A DNA stretch of 43,817 bases, from the IMG/VR virus record IMGVR_UViG_3300048893_000075, positions 1 through 43,817 of that record, one strand, 5' to 3'. The position numbers were made by a program, and so were the translations under genes. Under the pieces are notes generated by a model, which saw nothing but the letters and a program-made list of their open reading frames with translations, was not told the origin of the DNA and did not search any database. The DNA is from a virus (lineage: Duplodnaviria > Caudoviricetes). Shown here piece by piece: positions 18,065 through 28,023 of this stretch (within the stretch, counting starts at the first letter, position 1; every line of letters starts with the position of its first letter).

Positions 18065-20056
18065 ATGAAAAACGACGACCAGACCAACGACGAGCCTAAA
18101 GTACTTAACCTCCAGCAGAACGGCGCAGAGCTTGTTGAAATGCTTGATCGTCGTATTACCGCCTCTAAAGAACACTGGGATAGCAAGTATAAGCTCGATA
18201 AGGTTACCAAGGAAAACACAAAACTTTACCTAGGTGAAATGCCTGAAGATGATGAGGATAACGAAGAACGTGCTCTTGATAACCGTATCTTTAGCTCGGT
18301 TCGCACAATTGTGCCGTATGTGACGAGCCGCATTACTGAACCCGAAGTATATCCAAGCTCAACGGCACAAGCAGCTACTAAGTTTGCCGAGGACATCGAG
18401 AAGGCTTTGTATATTAAGGCCAAAACTGAGAAGGTAAGGGAAAAGGCAAAGTTTGCCCTAGAAGATGCAATGATTGTTCGCCGTGGTTATCTGAAGCTGC
18501 GCTATGATGCTATGCGCCGTAACTTCTGCACGGTTGAATACGTACCCGCTGAATCTATTATCATTGACCACAAAGCCAAGCCATACGAAGAGCCTCGATA
18601 CTTCCGCCATTGCCTAGACAAGAGCGTAGAGGATTTGCTAACCATGTTCCCCGACATGGAAAAACAGATCAAAGAAGCCTTCAAGATTGACAACAATACA
18701 CCCAAACAAGAGCTTGAGCAAGAGCACGTCATTCATGAAGACTGGTTGTTTGTCCCTGATAAAGAGGAAGGTCTAGACCTCGTAGTCGTATGGAGCTACA
18801 ACGGTATGTACTTAGGTGGCATGCGTGATCCTAACTGGCGCTATGGACAAACAAACTTCCTAGACTTTCACATGATGCCACTCGTATGTTTCAACGTCCT
18901 AAATGATGGCCGTTCCTTTATCGACAAGACATCTTTTGTAGAGCAAGCTAAATATCTACAGAAGAATGTAGACACACGCAGCGAACAGATATCTAAAAAT
19001 GCTGGGCTGGGTAGTGTTGGTATGCCTGTGGTGGCGAGTGGAGCACTGGGGGATGATCAATCGCAGTTCTTGCAGTTCGAGGGTGATACGGTACTCGAAC
19101 TGGATGTATCTAATACAGAATCCCGAAGCATCCGAGACGTGTTCGATGTTTGGAAGGCTGACCGCCTGCAACCGGAAGTGTATGAGGATAAGATTGATTC
19201 TCGTAACGGCATAGATAACGCTTTTGGTACGCCCAACGTATTCCGTGGCGAGCAGTCCAAAAACAACACGCTTGGCCAAGATGTATTGGTACGTGATCAG
19301 GCATTCGGTCGTCAGCAAGAGATCGTAGACGCTATTGACTCGGGGATGTCACGGCTCTATCCCCTCATGGCTCAATTCCTGCTCGTGTATGGCAATGAAG
19401 AGGAACTATTCAGATTTACAGGTGAGAACAGCCAATTTGATTACGTGTTAATCAACACTGCCGAATTAGACACTAACGTGCAAATCCAAGTCAAGGCTGG
19501 CACATCTATGCCTATTGACCGTGCACAACGCCGTGCAACCGCTGACAAAGCCGCCAGCCAAAAGATGATCGATCCATTAACATACTGGGAAATCATGGAC
19601 GAGGGCAACGCTGAGAAATACGCTAAGCGAGTTGTTGAATATACGCTTGATCCGGCAGCTTATATGAAAGATTCCAAAGACGAAGTATTTAACCGCGATG
19701 CGTTTGTAGACATTCAGCTCGTGAAGACTGGCCAACAGCCACCATTCCGCGAGAGCCTACCCAAAGAATACTTTGATTACCTCAACAAATATATTCTCGA
19801 TGGCAACCTAAATAACCCAAACATGGATGAAGGCACAAAGGCTGAACTTACCCAGTTTATAGACGCTCAATTACAGCGTGGTCAAGCATCCCTTGGTGTA
19901 ATGGAGACTCAGTTACCAACCCCGGAAGAAGTACAGATGGGCAATGAGCAAATTGACCAAGAGAATGCGGTCGCCCAACAGAGTCAGCAGGCTGAACAGC
20001 AAGCTAAAGCAGCCCAAGGCCCCCAACCAACGATTAATCAGCCGGCAGCGGCATAA
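18065..20056 (+). CDS. Portal protein (P22-like)
   Basis: 663 aa; position between terminase and scaffold/capsid; Gln-rich C-terminal tail; G.LKLRYD strand. Confidence 0.8.
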   Translation: MKNDDQTNDEPKVLNLQQNGAELVEMLDRRITASKEHWDSKYKLDKVTKENTKLYLGEMPEDDEDNEERALDNRIFSSVRTIVPYVTSRITEPEVYPSSTAQAATKFAEDIEKALYIKAKTEKVREKAKFALEDAMIVRRGYLKLRYDAMRRNFCTVEYVPAESIIIDHKAKPYEEPRYFRHCLDKSVEDLLTMFPDMEKQIKEAFKIDNNTPKQELEQEHVIHEDWLFVPDKEEGLDLVVVWSYNGMYLGGMRDPNWRYGQTNFLDFHMMPLVCFNVLNDGRSFIDKTSFVEQAKYLQKNVDTRSEQISKNAGLGSVGMPVVASGALGDDQSQFLQFEGDTVLELDVSNTESRSIRDVFDVWKADRLQPEVYEDKIDSRNGIDNAFGTPNVFRGEQSKNNTLGQDVLVRDQAFGRQQEIVDAIDSGMSRLYPLMAQFLLVYGNEEELFRFTGENSQFDYVLINTAELDTNVQIQVKAGTSMPIDRAQRRATADKAASQKMIDPLTYWEIMDEGNAEKYAKRVVEYTLDPAAYMKDSKDEVFNRDAFVDIQLVKTGQQPPFRESLPKEYFDYLNKYILDGNLNNPNMDEGTKAELTQFIDAQLQRGQASLGVMETQLPTPEEVQMGNEQIDQENAVAQQSQQAEQQAKAAQGPQPTINQPAAA

Positions 20057-20072
20057 ATAAGGAGATAAAAGC

Positions 20073-20963
20073 ATGAACGAAGACGGAACAGCTGTAGTAG
20101 ATACTAGCAATGGCGAGGAAGGTCAGGAAACAGCAACCTCGGAAGAAGTAGCGGAAGTATTGGGGCTTAACAAACCTGAAACTGTCACGGAAGAAGAGTT
20201 AAACACTGAAACCGAAGAGGAAGTTAAAAATGAGACCGATGGAAGTGATAGCAATACTGAACAATCTGAAGCCGGAGCTGGTCAGGGAGGCGAAGAGACA
20301 GCTGCTAGCAACGAATCCAATAGCACAGCGAGCACTGGCACAGAAGCCGAAGAAGCGCCAAGCTTTGCTCTCGAAGTAGAAGACGCTAACGGCGAGAAAA
20401 TCACCATAAACCCTGGCGATAACCTAGAGGAAGTACTAAAGGACTTTGAGCCAAAGACAAATGGTCAGATTTTCCAGATCATTAAAGATGTGATGAAAAT
20501 GGAATCGGACAAAGAAGCATATGACGCCGATCAAAAAACAGCCGCACAGGAAGCAGCTCATGCCGAAACCCTAGCGAATATACATGCTGGTTGGGATAAA
20601 GAAATCTCTACGCTGCAGGCCGACAAGCGAATGCCCGTGTCTGCTGATCCAAACAATCCTAGCAAAGAGTTCACAGAGCGTCGTGATGCAGTATTCAAGT
20701 TTATGGCCGAGGAGAACGACAAACGCAGAGAAGACGGTCGCCCACTTCTCCAAAGCTTTGAGGATGCACTTGATAAGCTAGAGAACCGTGAAGCTAAGGA
20801 GTCCAAGATTGAGGCTGCCAAAAAAGAAAAGGAATTGGCTAGAGAACGAGGTGGTATGATTGGCGGCTCAAGTGCTCCTGCTGGTAGTAGCTCTCCAGTG
20901 TATCGTCCAGGCTCTGCACGCAATGCTAACGAAGCCCTAAGTGTTATGGGCATAACAGGGTAA
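20073..20963 (+). CDS. Capsid scaffolding protein
   Basis: Very acidic N-terminus, coiled coil, lies between portal and capsid. Confidence 0.75.
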   Translation: MNEDGTAVVDTSNGEEGQETATSEEVAEVLGLNKPETVTEEELNTETEEEVKNETDGSDSNTEQSEAGAGQGGEETAASNESNSTASTGTEAEEAPSFALEVEDANGEKITINPGDNLEEVLKDFEPKTNGQIFQIIKDVMKMESDKEAYDADQKTAAQEAAHAETLANIHAGWDKEISTLQADKRMPVSADPNNPSKEFTERRDAVFKFMAEENDKRREDGRPLLQSFEDALDKLENREAKESKIEAAKKEKELARERGGMIGGSSAPAGSSSPVYRPGSARNANEALSVMGITG

Positions 20964-20966
20964 ATA

Positions 20967-21038
20967 TTGCAGCACATACCACTGTTGTGTTATTATGCAA
21001 GCAACGGAATTAACGTCCTCCCTGTGAGGGCGTTTTTT
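20967..21038 (+). promoter_or_regulatory. Promoter and attenuator upstream of the major capsid gene
   Basis: TTGCAG...TGTTATTAT; AACGTCCTC/GAGGGCGTT plus T run. Confidence 0.6.
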
Positions 21039-21099
21039 CATGCTTTAAATCTCCTGTAATAGGGAGTGCGTAATCCGAAAAAAATTAATCGGAGTAATT

Positions 21100-22158
21100 A
21101 TGGATTACGCAGGTATTCTTACCACTACTGCACAGAGTCTCGCACCCTACGTAGTAGATGGTATCCACAACGGCAGCGTACTACCAGCTCGTTTCATGAC
21201 ACGTACAGTGGATTGGGATGAAGGCCAGTACATGCAGCAACCTATTCAGGTTGAAGAAAACGACAACGGTGGATCATTCGTTGGCATGCCCGTCTTTGAC
21301 GTAGCAGCACAAAACACTGATCAGAACCTTAAATGGCTTCCAAAGGGTGAGCGCCAAAGTATCGTTATCCCTTGGGCTGAAATCGCCGTCAACAAGACTA
21401 AGGCTGGGGTTATCAAGCTCGCTGGTCGCAAGATCGACGTAGCTAAGAACTCGCTTAAGAACCGTCTTGCTACTCGTCTAACCGGGCTAGGCCAGGGTGA
21501 CGACATCGAGGGCTTGGACCTCATGACTGACGATGGCACATTGGGTACTACTTCGTACGGTACCCTTAGCCGGACTACGTATGGTTCGGTCATTAACGGT
21601 AAAGCAACGCCTGTTACGACTCTTACACTCGCAAGCCTTGGTACACAGATTGACCTGTGTTCTCCTGCGAACACTAACGAAGGCACGGACATCATGATCA
21701 CAACAAAGACCATTTGGGGCAATGTTGAATCACTGCTTGATCCTAAAACCCGTCAGATGTACGAAAACATCCCAAGCTACGTAACCCCATACACCGAAAG
21801 CGGTGCAACGGTTAAGGCAGCCGAAAAGGGTGCAGCATCAGGCTTTACTGCAATCTTCCACCGTGGCATCCCACTGGTTAAAGATGAAAAGATCGCTACG
21901 GGCAAGATTTACACACTTAACGAACGCAGCATCGAATTTGCTCGCCTAGACTTCCCACAGATGAAGGCTATCAAGTTGAGCAATGAAGTAACTCGCGGTG
22001 TGTTCTCCAAAGAACCATCTCCAAGTGCTTTCCAAATGACCGAAATGATGAACCCATACAACCAGCTTGGTGATATCGGCCACATCATTGCCTACGGTCA
22101 GCTTATTAACCGTAACCCTGTCCGCTCCGGTGTTATCTACGGCGTAACAGGCATCTAA
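21100..22158 (+). CDS. Major capsid protein (HK97 fold)
   Basis: 352 aa after the scaffold; DIEGL, DIMITT..IW, GF.AI..RGIP.V.D, G.IY.LN motifs. Confidence 0.85.
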   Translation: MDYAGILTTTAQSLAPYVVDGIHNGSVLPARFMTRTVDWDEGQYMQQPIQVEENDNGGSFVGMPVFDVAAQNTDQNLKWLPKGERQSIVIPWAEIAVNKTKAGVIKLAGRKIDVAKNSLKNRLATRLTGLGQGDDIEGLDLMTDDGTLGTTSYGTLSRTTYGSVINGKATPVTTLTLASLGTQIDLCSPANTNEGTDIMITTKTIWGNVESLLDPKTRQMYENIPSYVTPYTESGATVKAAEKGAASGFTAIFHRGIPLVKDEKIATGKIYTLNERSIEFARLDFPQMKAIKLSNEVTRGVFSKEPSPSAFQMTEMMNPYNQLGDIGHIIAYGQLINRNPVRSGVIYGVTGI

Positions 22159-22168
22159 GGAGAATAAG

Positions 22169-22897
22169 ATGATTACACAAAGACTTTCATTGAGTGCCCA
22201 AGACCTTCGCAAAGTAAGCTCTACGAAGCTTCACCGCCTAGGCTCTATCGGCGAATCAGCAGATGGACGCGTATACCGCTATGCTCGTGCTGGCGCTTCT
22301 AACTTAGTAGCAGGAAACCTCCAAGTTAACGCTGACTTAGTAGCTAACCACACCAATCGTACAGTAGCAGCTACCGTAGCAGCAGGAGCCACCACGGTTT
22401 CTGTAAACTATGGCGCAACTGCTGTTACCTCCGACCAGTACGCTGACGGTTTCATGACCGTTAACGATGCTACAGGCGAAGGCATCCAATACGGTGTGCG
22501 CGGTAACGCTGCTAATGCTGGCTCACTAGCCGGCAACGTTTACCTGTTCGATGACGAACCACTGCTGGTCGGTCTTACCGTATCAGTTAGTGAAGTAACT
22601 CTGAAGAAAAACCCATGGGCAGACACAGTAATTTCAGCAACTGACCAAGCAGATCTACCCGTAGGCGTGTCCAACGTAGCTGTAACAGCGACTTACTACT
22701 ACTGGGCACAGGTTGGTGGTGAGTGTTCGGTACTTGCTGACGCTTCAACAATGACTAAGGGTGTTGAGCTGACCATTAGCGCAGCTACAGCTGGTGCAGT
22801 TGGCCTCAAAGACGCAGCTGGTGAGGCTAAGGTGGGAGTTGCTTCTGAAGCACTCACATCTACCGAAAACCGCGCAGCTTACCTAACAATGTTCTAA
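22169..22897 (+). CDS. Capsid decoration/cement protein
   Basis: DGRVYRYARAG...YYYWAQVGG; directly after the capsid gene. Confidence 0.65.
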   Translation: MITQRLSLSAQDLRKVSSTKLHRLGSIGESADGRVYRYARAGASNLVAGNLQVNADLVANHTNRTVAATVAAGATTVSVNYGATAVTSDQYADGFMTVNDATGEGIQYGVRGNAANAGSLAGNVYLFDDEPLLVGLTVSVSEVTLKKNPWADTVISATDQADLPVGVSNVAVTATYYYWAQVGGECSVLADASTMTKGVELTISAATAGAVGLKDAAGEAKVGVASEALTSTENRAAYLTMF

Positions 22898-22906
22898 GGA
22901 GGATAT

Positions 22907-23254
22907 ATGGCACGAAAAATAGAGGACTATCTGCCTCCTGTCAAAGAAGATGGTCTTATCACTGATAAGGCAGCAACTTTTGGTAGCACTGTTACCTCAA
23001 CCGGAAATCAAAGCTCGGCTGGTGTTCAGGTAAGCAAAAGTGGCGCATCTGCAACTGCTGGTGGTGCCGAAGCATTGCGTATCGGCACAGGCGCGGCTGG
23101 TGTCGTAGGCATTTACTTTGGCTCTGGTGCACCAAGCATTACTGCCCCACAAGGCAGCCTGTACTTGCGTACAGATGGCTCCAGTACTTCCACGCGTTTG
23201 TATGTAAATACAACTGGTTCAACGACCTGGACTAACGTAACAACGGCAGCCTAA
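22907..23254 (+). CDS. Virion structural protein (head fibre-like)
   Basis: GSGAP...APQGSLYLRTDG.....LYVN....W motif. Confidence 0.6.
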   Translation: MARKIEDYLPPVKEDGLITDKAATFGSTVTSTGNQSSAGVQVSKSGASATAGGAEALRIGTGAAGVVGIYFGSGAPSITAPQGSLYLRTDGSSTSTRLYVNTTGSTTWTNVTTAA

Positions 23255-23277
23255 ACAAAACAAACATACAGCTTTCG

Positions 23278-23333
23278 TGGTATAATAGCCACAGCAGCTT
23301 ATACAGCTCCCAACATTCGTTGGGGGCTTTTTT
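23278..23333 (+). promoter_or_regulatory. Late promoter-leader-terminator unit
   Basis: TGGTATAAT-N6-AGCAGCTTATACAGCTCCC, hairpin, GGGGGCTTTTTT. Confidence 0.75.
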
Positions 23334-23349
23334 AATACAAGGAGAAAGC

Positions 23350-23706
23350 ATGAACCCCAAAGAGTTTGACTGGAGAGAAGACCAGCAAGTAACCGTAACT
23401 AACCCTACAGCAGCCGACTTTCTGTTTCAGGGAGTAAATAAAAAGTTTGTCGTAAAAGCAGGTCAGACGGTCAAGCTTAATGGATATGTGGCCATGCTCT
23501 TTGTATACAAATTAGCCATTCAAATGGCCCAGAATGACGGTCAATTCATTAACTTCATTGATGAGGACTTTCGAAAGAAATACTACGACAAGCTTGTTGT
23601 GGGAGTAGACGAGGATGTGCAGATTGTTGACGTGCAACCCATAAACGAAGCGCCGATGGCGCTTAACACAGGATCAGGCAAACGTGGCCGACCTGCAAGC
23701 TCTTAA
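23350..23706 (+). CDS. Hypothetical protein
   Basis: AAGGAG site before ATG 23350. Confidence 0.75.
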   Translation: MNPKEFDWREDQQVTVTNPTAADFLFQGVNKKFVVKAGQTVKLNGYVAMLFVYKLAIQMAQNDGQFINFIDEDFRKKYYDKLVVGVDEDVQIVDVQPINEAPMALNTGSGKRGRPASS

Positions 23707-24460
23707 GGGGCTATTAGAACAAGCAGAGGGGCTTGAGGTAGCTGTAGCTCAGCTATCCAAATCCAAAGAGTCGCTAGAGAGCGATAATATTTCGCTGACT
23801 GCAAAAAACAAGTACCTAAGTGAAGCTATCGAGTCTAAGACTTCTCGGCTTGAACTACTTAATAAGAACCATTCAGATACTGTTGCTAGCCAGAAGCAAC
23901 AAATACGGTCATTAGACAACGAGAATGAGGTCAAACAAACTGAACTTCACGAAGTGACTGTTGCCCTAGGTAAAATGCAGACGAAGTTTGACGCGGATGT
24001 GCAAGAAAAAGAGTCAGAGCTTAATGTTCTTACGACCCAAACAACCAACCTGAATGCTGAAATATCTGTACTGCAGACAAGACAAAACAAGCTACTACTC
24101 TCGATTAGCGAGCTTGAGAAAACAAAGGCCCAGCTCGAAGCCGAAATTGCAGCACCCAAGCAACAGGAACAGGGAGCGCCACCAGCCACCACTATAGAGC
24201 CAACAGATGAGCAGGAATGGCTACGGCTCCAGGAAAAATTAACAGACGGAAACAACAAGCTAGAAAAGGTTTTGGTGCTTCTAGACTCAGCAACAACCGC
24301 ACTTGCTCAGGCAAAGCTAGAGCATCAAAACCTCAAGGATTATGAGAGGCGAGCAACAAAAATGCTTGAGTCCAGGGAGACATCTTTACTTGAGCGTGAA
24401 AAGCAATTGCAGGAAGCCCAGAGTATGGCTCAGAGGCGCAATAGGATATTGGACAAATAA
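23684..24460 (+). CDS. Coiled-coil protein
   Basis: Heptad-rich, 258 aa. Confidence 0.75.
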   Translation: MADLQALKGLLEQAEGLEVAVAQLSKSKESLESDNISLTAKNKYLSEAIESKTSRLELLNKNHSDTVASQKQQIRSLDNENEVKQTELHEVTVALGKMQTKFDADVQEKESELNVLTTQTTNLNAEISVLQTRQNKLLLSISELEKTKAQLEAEIAAPKQQEQGAPPATTIEPTDEQEWLRLQEKLTDGNNKLEKVLVLLDSATTALAQAKLEHQNLKDYERRATKMLESRETSLLEREKQLQEAQSMAQRRNRILDK

Positions 24461-25446
24461 TGACAAACGCAGTAACTGATGAAAACTGGAGGCATAGTCT
24501 CATAGGCGTAAGTTCTGCTAATGGCACTACGCCTGTTCCAGTAGAGGTTGATCCAGTGACGGGGCGTACTCTCGTAGATGCAGAAGTATCAGCAACTGGG
24601 TCGGATTACCAGACAGGATTCTCGGCATCTACACTTAACTCAAATGTGTTCACTATTGACGTATCAAATTACCGGTCCTTCGCTATCCAACTTACGGGTA
24701 CGTGGTCTGCAACCGTAACCATACAAGGCTCAATAGACAACGTAGACTTTCGAGCCATTGGCGCAAAGTACTCTAACTCCCTATCCCAGATGTATACCAG
24801 CACCTTTACCGGGCTAGGCATGATAGAAGGCCCTATATTCTTTAGGTATCTTCGCCTCCGCGTAACATCTTACGGCAGTGGGACGGTTGAAGCCGCTACA
24901 TTTTTATCCACATCTCCTCATTTCGCCACTTCCGTAGGTATTGATACAGAGCTACCAGGAGCGGGTACTGCAAGTGATACTATGACTAACCCATCGGCCC
25001 CATTTGTACTTTCGGCAAATTCCTTCTACAACCCTACAGCAGACAGGTGGGAGCGTGGACGCAACAATAACGAGGGAACTGTACTGGCTAGTCTCGCCCG
25101 TACGGCAACACAAAATAGCCCTGACCAAGCTAACTACAATGCTAGAGGAGTACAACTTATCCTGAACGTAACCGCTCAACCTGGTGGGGCTGAAACCTTG
25201 GGAGTGAAGATACAGGCAAAAGACCCCGTCTCAGGAGGTTACGTAGACATTGTAGACTCAGGTGTCTTATTTACTGCCGCCACGGGAGCGAAAGCACTTA
25301 CACTGTATCCTGGCGTTCTATCTACTGATCTAGCAGCAGGGTATGTTGGTAAGTCTGGCGCATTGCCAAGAATTTGGCGTGCAGTTGTTACGCATTCGGC
25401 GAGTGGCAGCTGGACATATTCATTAGGTTTTAGCTTAATTTTATAA
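24460..25446 (+). CDS. Virion structural/tail appendage protein
   Basis: Ser/Thr/Gly-rich, two beta-sandwich-like domains (FRYLRL; LPRIWR). Confidence 0.6.
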   Translation: MTNAVTDENWRHSLIGVSSANGTTPVPVEVDPVTGRTLVDAEVSATGSDYQTGFSASTLNSNVFTIDVSNYRSFAIQLTGTWSATVTIQGSIDNVDFRAIGAKYSNSLSQMYTSTFTGLGMIEGPIFFRYLRLRVTSYGSGTVEAATFLSTSPHFATSVGIDTELPGAGTASDTMTNPSAPFVLSANSFYNPTADRWERGRNNNEGTVLASLARTATQNSPDQANYNARGVQLILNVTAQPGGAETLGVKIQAKDPVSGGYVDIVDSGVLFTAATGAKALTLYPGVLSTDLAAGYVGKSGALPRIWRAVVTHSASGSWTYSLGFSLIL

Positions 25447-25458
25447 AAGGAGAATAGT

Positions 25459-25746
25459 ATGGCATTAGTACACATGTGGGATGGGACGGAATGTCTCATG
25501 ACCGTAACAGGTCAACCAACATTAACATCACAGGATTACCAAGATTATCCCATGAACCAGATGACGGGCGAGGTAACGGCTGTAAATTGCACTTACTGTG
25601 GAGATGGGATGTGGTTCCAGCCAGCAGCTAATTCAGTGATTGCAGATACCAATATCCGTCCAGCTGTCCATGATAGCTATGAGGAATGCCCTAACTTGCC
25701 CGGGCCTGAAACAGATCCACATTGGGTTGAGCCACAACACGGCTGA
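25459..25746 (+). CDS. Hypothetical protein, possibly zinc-binding
   Basis: AAGGAG site; CTYC...H....C. Confidence 0.65.
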   Translation: MALVHMWDGTECLMTVTGQPTLTSQDYQDYPMNQMTGEVTAVNCTYCGDGMWFQPAANSVIADTNIRPAVHDSYEECPNLPGPETDPHWVEPQHG

Positions 25747-25760
25747 TCAGCACGGTAATA

Positions 25761-25828
25761 TGATATAATACACGTAGCAGCTAAACAGCTCCCAAGTGGA
25801 GCTGTTTTTGCTTTTCTTGGGAGCTTTT
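25761..25828 (+). promoter_or_regulatory. Late promoter-leader-terminator unit with two alternative terminators
   Basis: TGATATAAT-N6-AGCAGCTAAACAGCTCCC; the left arm can pair with GGAGCTGTTT or CTTGGGAGCT. Confidence 0.7.
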
Positions 25829-25847
25829 CATATACAAAGGAAGCTCC

Positions 25848-26087
25848 ATGATTCACATCACAGATACTAGTCCAGCAACGATAGGCAAGACATACGGGAT
25901 TCTTATCACCGTAAATACTGGGTTCACGGGCACGCTAACCGTAAACGATGACAGCTTCGCAAAAGCCGTTATAACCAATCCTGTCGTAGGTAACTCATTC
26001 CGATACTTCGGCTTTACGGGTTCTGTCAGTGTTACCGCAAGCGCAACTGGGGACACTACGGTCAGTGCTCTAAATCATCAAGGATAG
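25848..26087 (+). CDS. Small virion structural protein
   Basis: Thr-rich beta protein; AAGGA site. Confidence 0.65.
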   Translation: MIHITDTSPATIGKTYGILITVNTGFTGTLTVNDDSFAKAVITNPVVGNSFRYFGFTGSVSVTASATGDTTVSALNHQG

Positions 26088-26089
26088 AC

Positions 26090-26257
26090 ATGAAAAATCC
26101 CACACATTGGAGCGGAAACCCCTCAGCAGAAGCCAATGAGTATACGTATGACTCATCTACTGATGCCTATGATTCAACTACAAGGAACTATGACGGCGTT
26201 GTAGACAGTGACTTAGCTGATACCGAGAAACAGCCCACAGAATGGGAGGATGCGTAA
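26090..26257 (+). CDS. Small acidic protein (55 aa, not in ORF track)
   Basis: MKNPTHWSG...EWEDA; TAATG-coupled to the next gene. Confidence 0.6.
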   Translation: MKNPTHWSGNPSAEANEYTYDSSTDAYDSTTRNYDGVVDSDLADTEKQPTEWEDA

Positions 26258-27123
26258 TGGCTACAAACTTCCCGGCGTCTGCAGATGACGGCACGACACT
26301 TCCTAATCCAAGTGCTGTTAATAAGACCAATAGCCCGTCTTTATCAAGTGGTCAGTCAAATCAGAATGATGCTATTAAGGCTATCGAGGCAAAGCTAGGA
26401 ACAGGCGCATCTACCCCGGCCAATAACACATTTCTTATCGGGAATGGTTCGGGTACAAGCGCTTACAGTGGGCTTACTTCCGCCCAACTAGCCGCCCGGC
26501 TAAGTGATGAAACTGGCACGGGTGCCGCTGTCTTCGGGAGCACCCCCACACTCGTAACACCACAAGTCGACACGATTAACGAAAGTACGCCAGCTAATGG
26601 CGTGACTATAGACGGTCTGAATATAAAAGATGGCCATGTTGCACCAGACAGCGTACGGGGCACTGAAATACAGCTCGCTAACAATGATAACTTGTATGCA
26701 CTCAATGCGTCATCCTCAGAGAAGATGCTAATGAAGTTAGCCACCGACAACACTATTCGTCTTGGCCAAATTTACAGCAAGGTGATAGCTACCTCCACAA
26801 TTCAAGAAAACTTCCTTATTCAGACTGGCTTTGATTTTGTAACCGGGAACGGAACAGCCGCAAATTCAAGTGCAAAAACAATAACCTTTCCTGTCACTTA
26901 CTCGACCGTCTTGGGCGTTATCATTGGTCACTGTGGTGGTATATCAGGTAGTGACCCAACGGGCGTAACAAGTCTTAACGCTGGGTCAAATGAGCTTCTT
27001 CACGCAAACAATACTACAACCTCCGGCTTCACTGTCGGATGGTCTAGCCGTGATTCCGGTACAACCATCCCAAACACCTTTCGTATGGGCTTCACCTGGA
27101 TAGCAATAGGGTTAAAGGTCTAG
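26257..27123 (+). CDS. Tail fibre / receptor-binding protein
   Basis: N-terminal AI.AIE.KLG anchor; SDETGTG..VF..TPTL.TP fibre motif; C-terminal IQTG...ITFP..Y...WIAIG domain. Confidence 0.7.
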   Translation: MATNFPASADDGTTLPNPSAVNKTNSPSLSSGQSNQNDAIKAIEAKLGTGASTPANNTFLIGNGSGTSAYSGLTSAQLAARLSDETGTGAAVFGSTPTLVTPQVDTINESTPANGVTIDGLNIKDGHVAPDSVRGTEIQLANNDNLYALNASSSEKMLMKLATDNTIRLGQIYSKVIATSTIQENFLIQTGFDFVTGNGTAANSSAKTITFPVTYSTVLGVIIGHCGGISGSDPTGVTSLNAGSNELLHANNTTTSGFTVGWSSRDSGTTIPNTFRMGFTWIAIGLKV

Positions 27124-27129
27124 CTTGCA

Positions 27130-28023
27130 ATGCTCACGTTTGAAGATCAAACGGTAATGTACCAGCAAATAACCGGAGACTATTCTGCGGCTGGATTGAT
27201 TATTGCCAAGAGAGACATTAACGAGGGCGGTACGATGTTTCTAAACCGCCTTGGCCGGAAGTTCAACAAGAAGTATAAGAGAGCCGACTTGGAAGCTGAC
27301 AGGCAATACTACCAGTTTCCGGCTGACGTAGTACGCATATCGGCCATTAGATGCCTACATGGCACATTCTGGTATACGCCCGAACTTGTGACATCGGAAG
27401 AAGAATGGAATAACCTTAACGCCACTGCCATTACAGGCAACTATCCAACGCATTACTTTATCCGAGGATTTAACGAGGTTGGCCTGCTCCCTATTCCATC
27501 CGCTAATGTGGCTGGTGGATTGGAAGTATCACACGAGCCACAACAAATTGAGTTCACTGCCAATGACTTCACAACGGGTACGATCACCGTAGCCAACGAC
27601 TCAGTATCTATCACACACTCAGGCACCAGCTTTACTCCCCAGATGGTGGGTAGGTGGCTACAGGTTACGGATGGCACTGATGGCAGATGGTATAGGATTG
27701 CAGCATATGTTTCTACGTCGGAGCTTGAATTAGAGAACTTCTACGAGGGCATTAGCGGTAGTACCCGATCATTCCGCATAGGCCAGGTTATGGATATTCC
27801 GCCAGCATACCAGGATGCCCCGGTTTACTATGCCGTCGAACGTTTTTATCTAATGCAGAATGACCAGAAAACAGCGGTACAATTTGGCGCTCGTTTCGAT
27901 GCAAAGGTGAAGTCTGCCAAGGAAACATACGGCCGCTCAACCTCAAGGATGGGAGTCAAGACACGACCCAATACTCGCCGCGCACGCTGGATTGATTTAA
28001 CACCCCCAGTCATATACCCATGA
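27130..28023 (+). CDS. Head-tail adaptor protein
   Basis: QYYQFP.D, G.PT.YFI, L.PIP, IP..YQDA.VYYA motifs; position. Confidence 0.65.
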   Translation: MLTFEDQTVMYQQITGDYSAAGLIIAKRDINEGGTMFLNRLGRKFNKKYKRADLEADRQYYQFPADVVRISAIRCLHGTFWYTPELVTSEEEWNNLNATAITGNYPTHYFIRGFNEVGLLPIPSANVAGGLEVSHEPQQIEFTANDFTTGTITVANDSVSITHSGTSFTPQMVGRWLQVTDGTDGRWYRIAAYVSTSELELENFYEGISGSTRSFRIGQVMDIPPAYQDAPVYYAVERFYLMQNDQKTAVQFGARFDAKVKSAKETYGRSTSRMGVKTRPNTRRARWIDLTPPVIYP

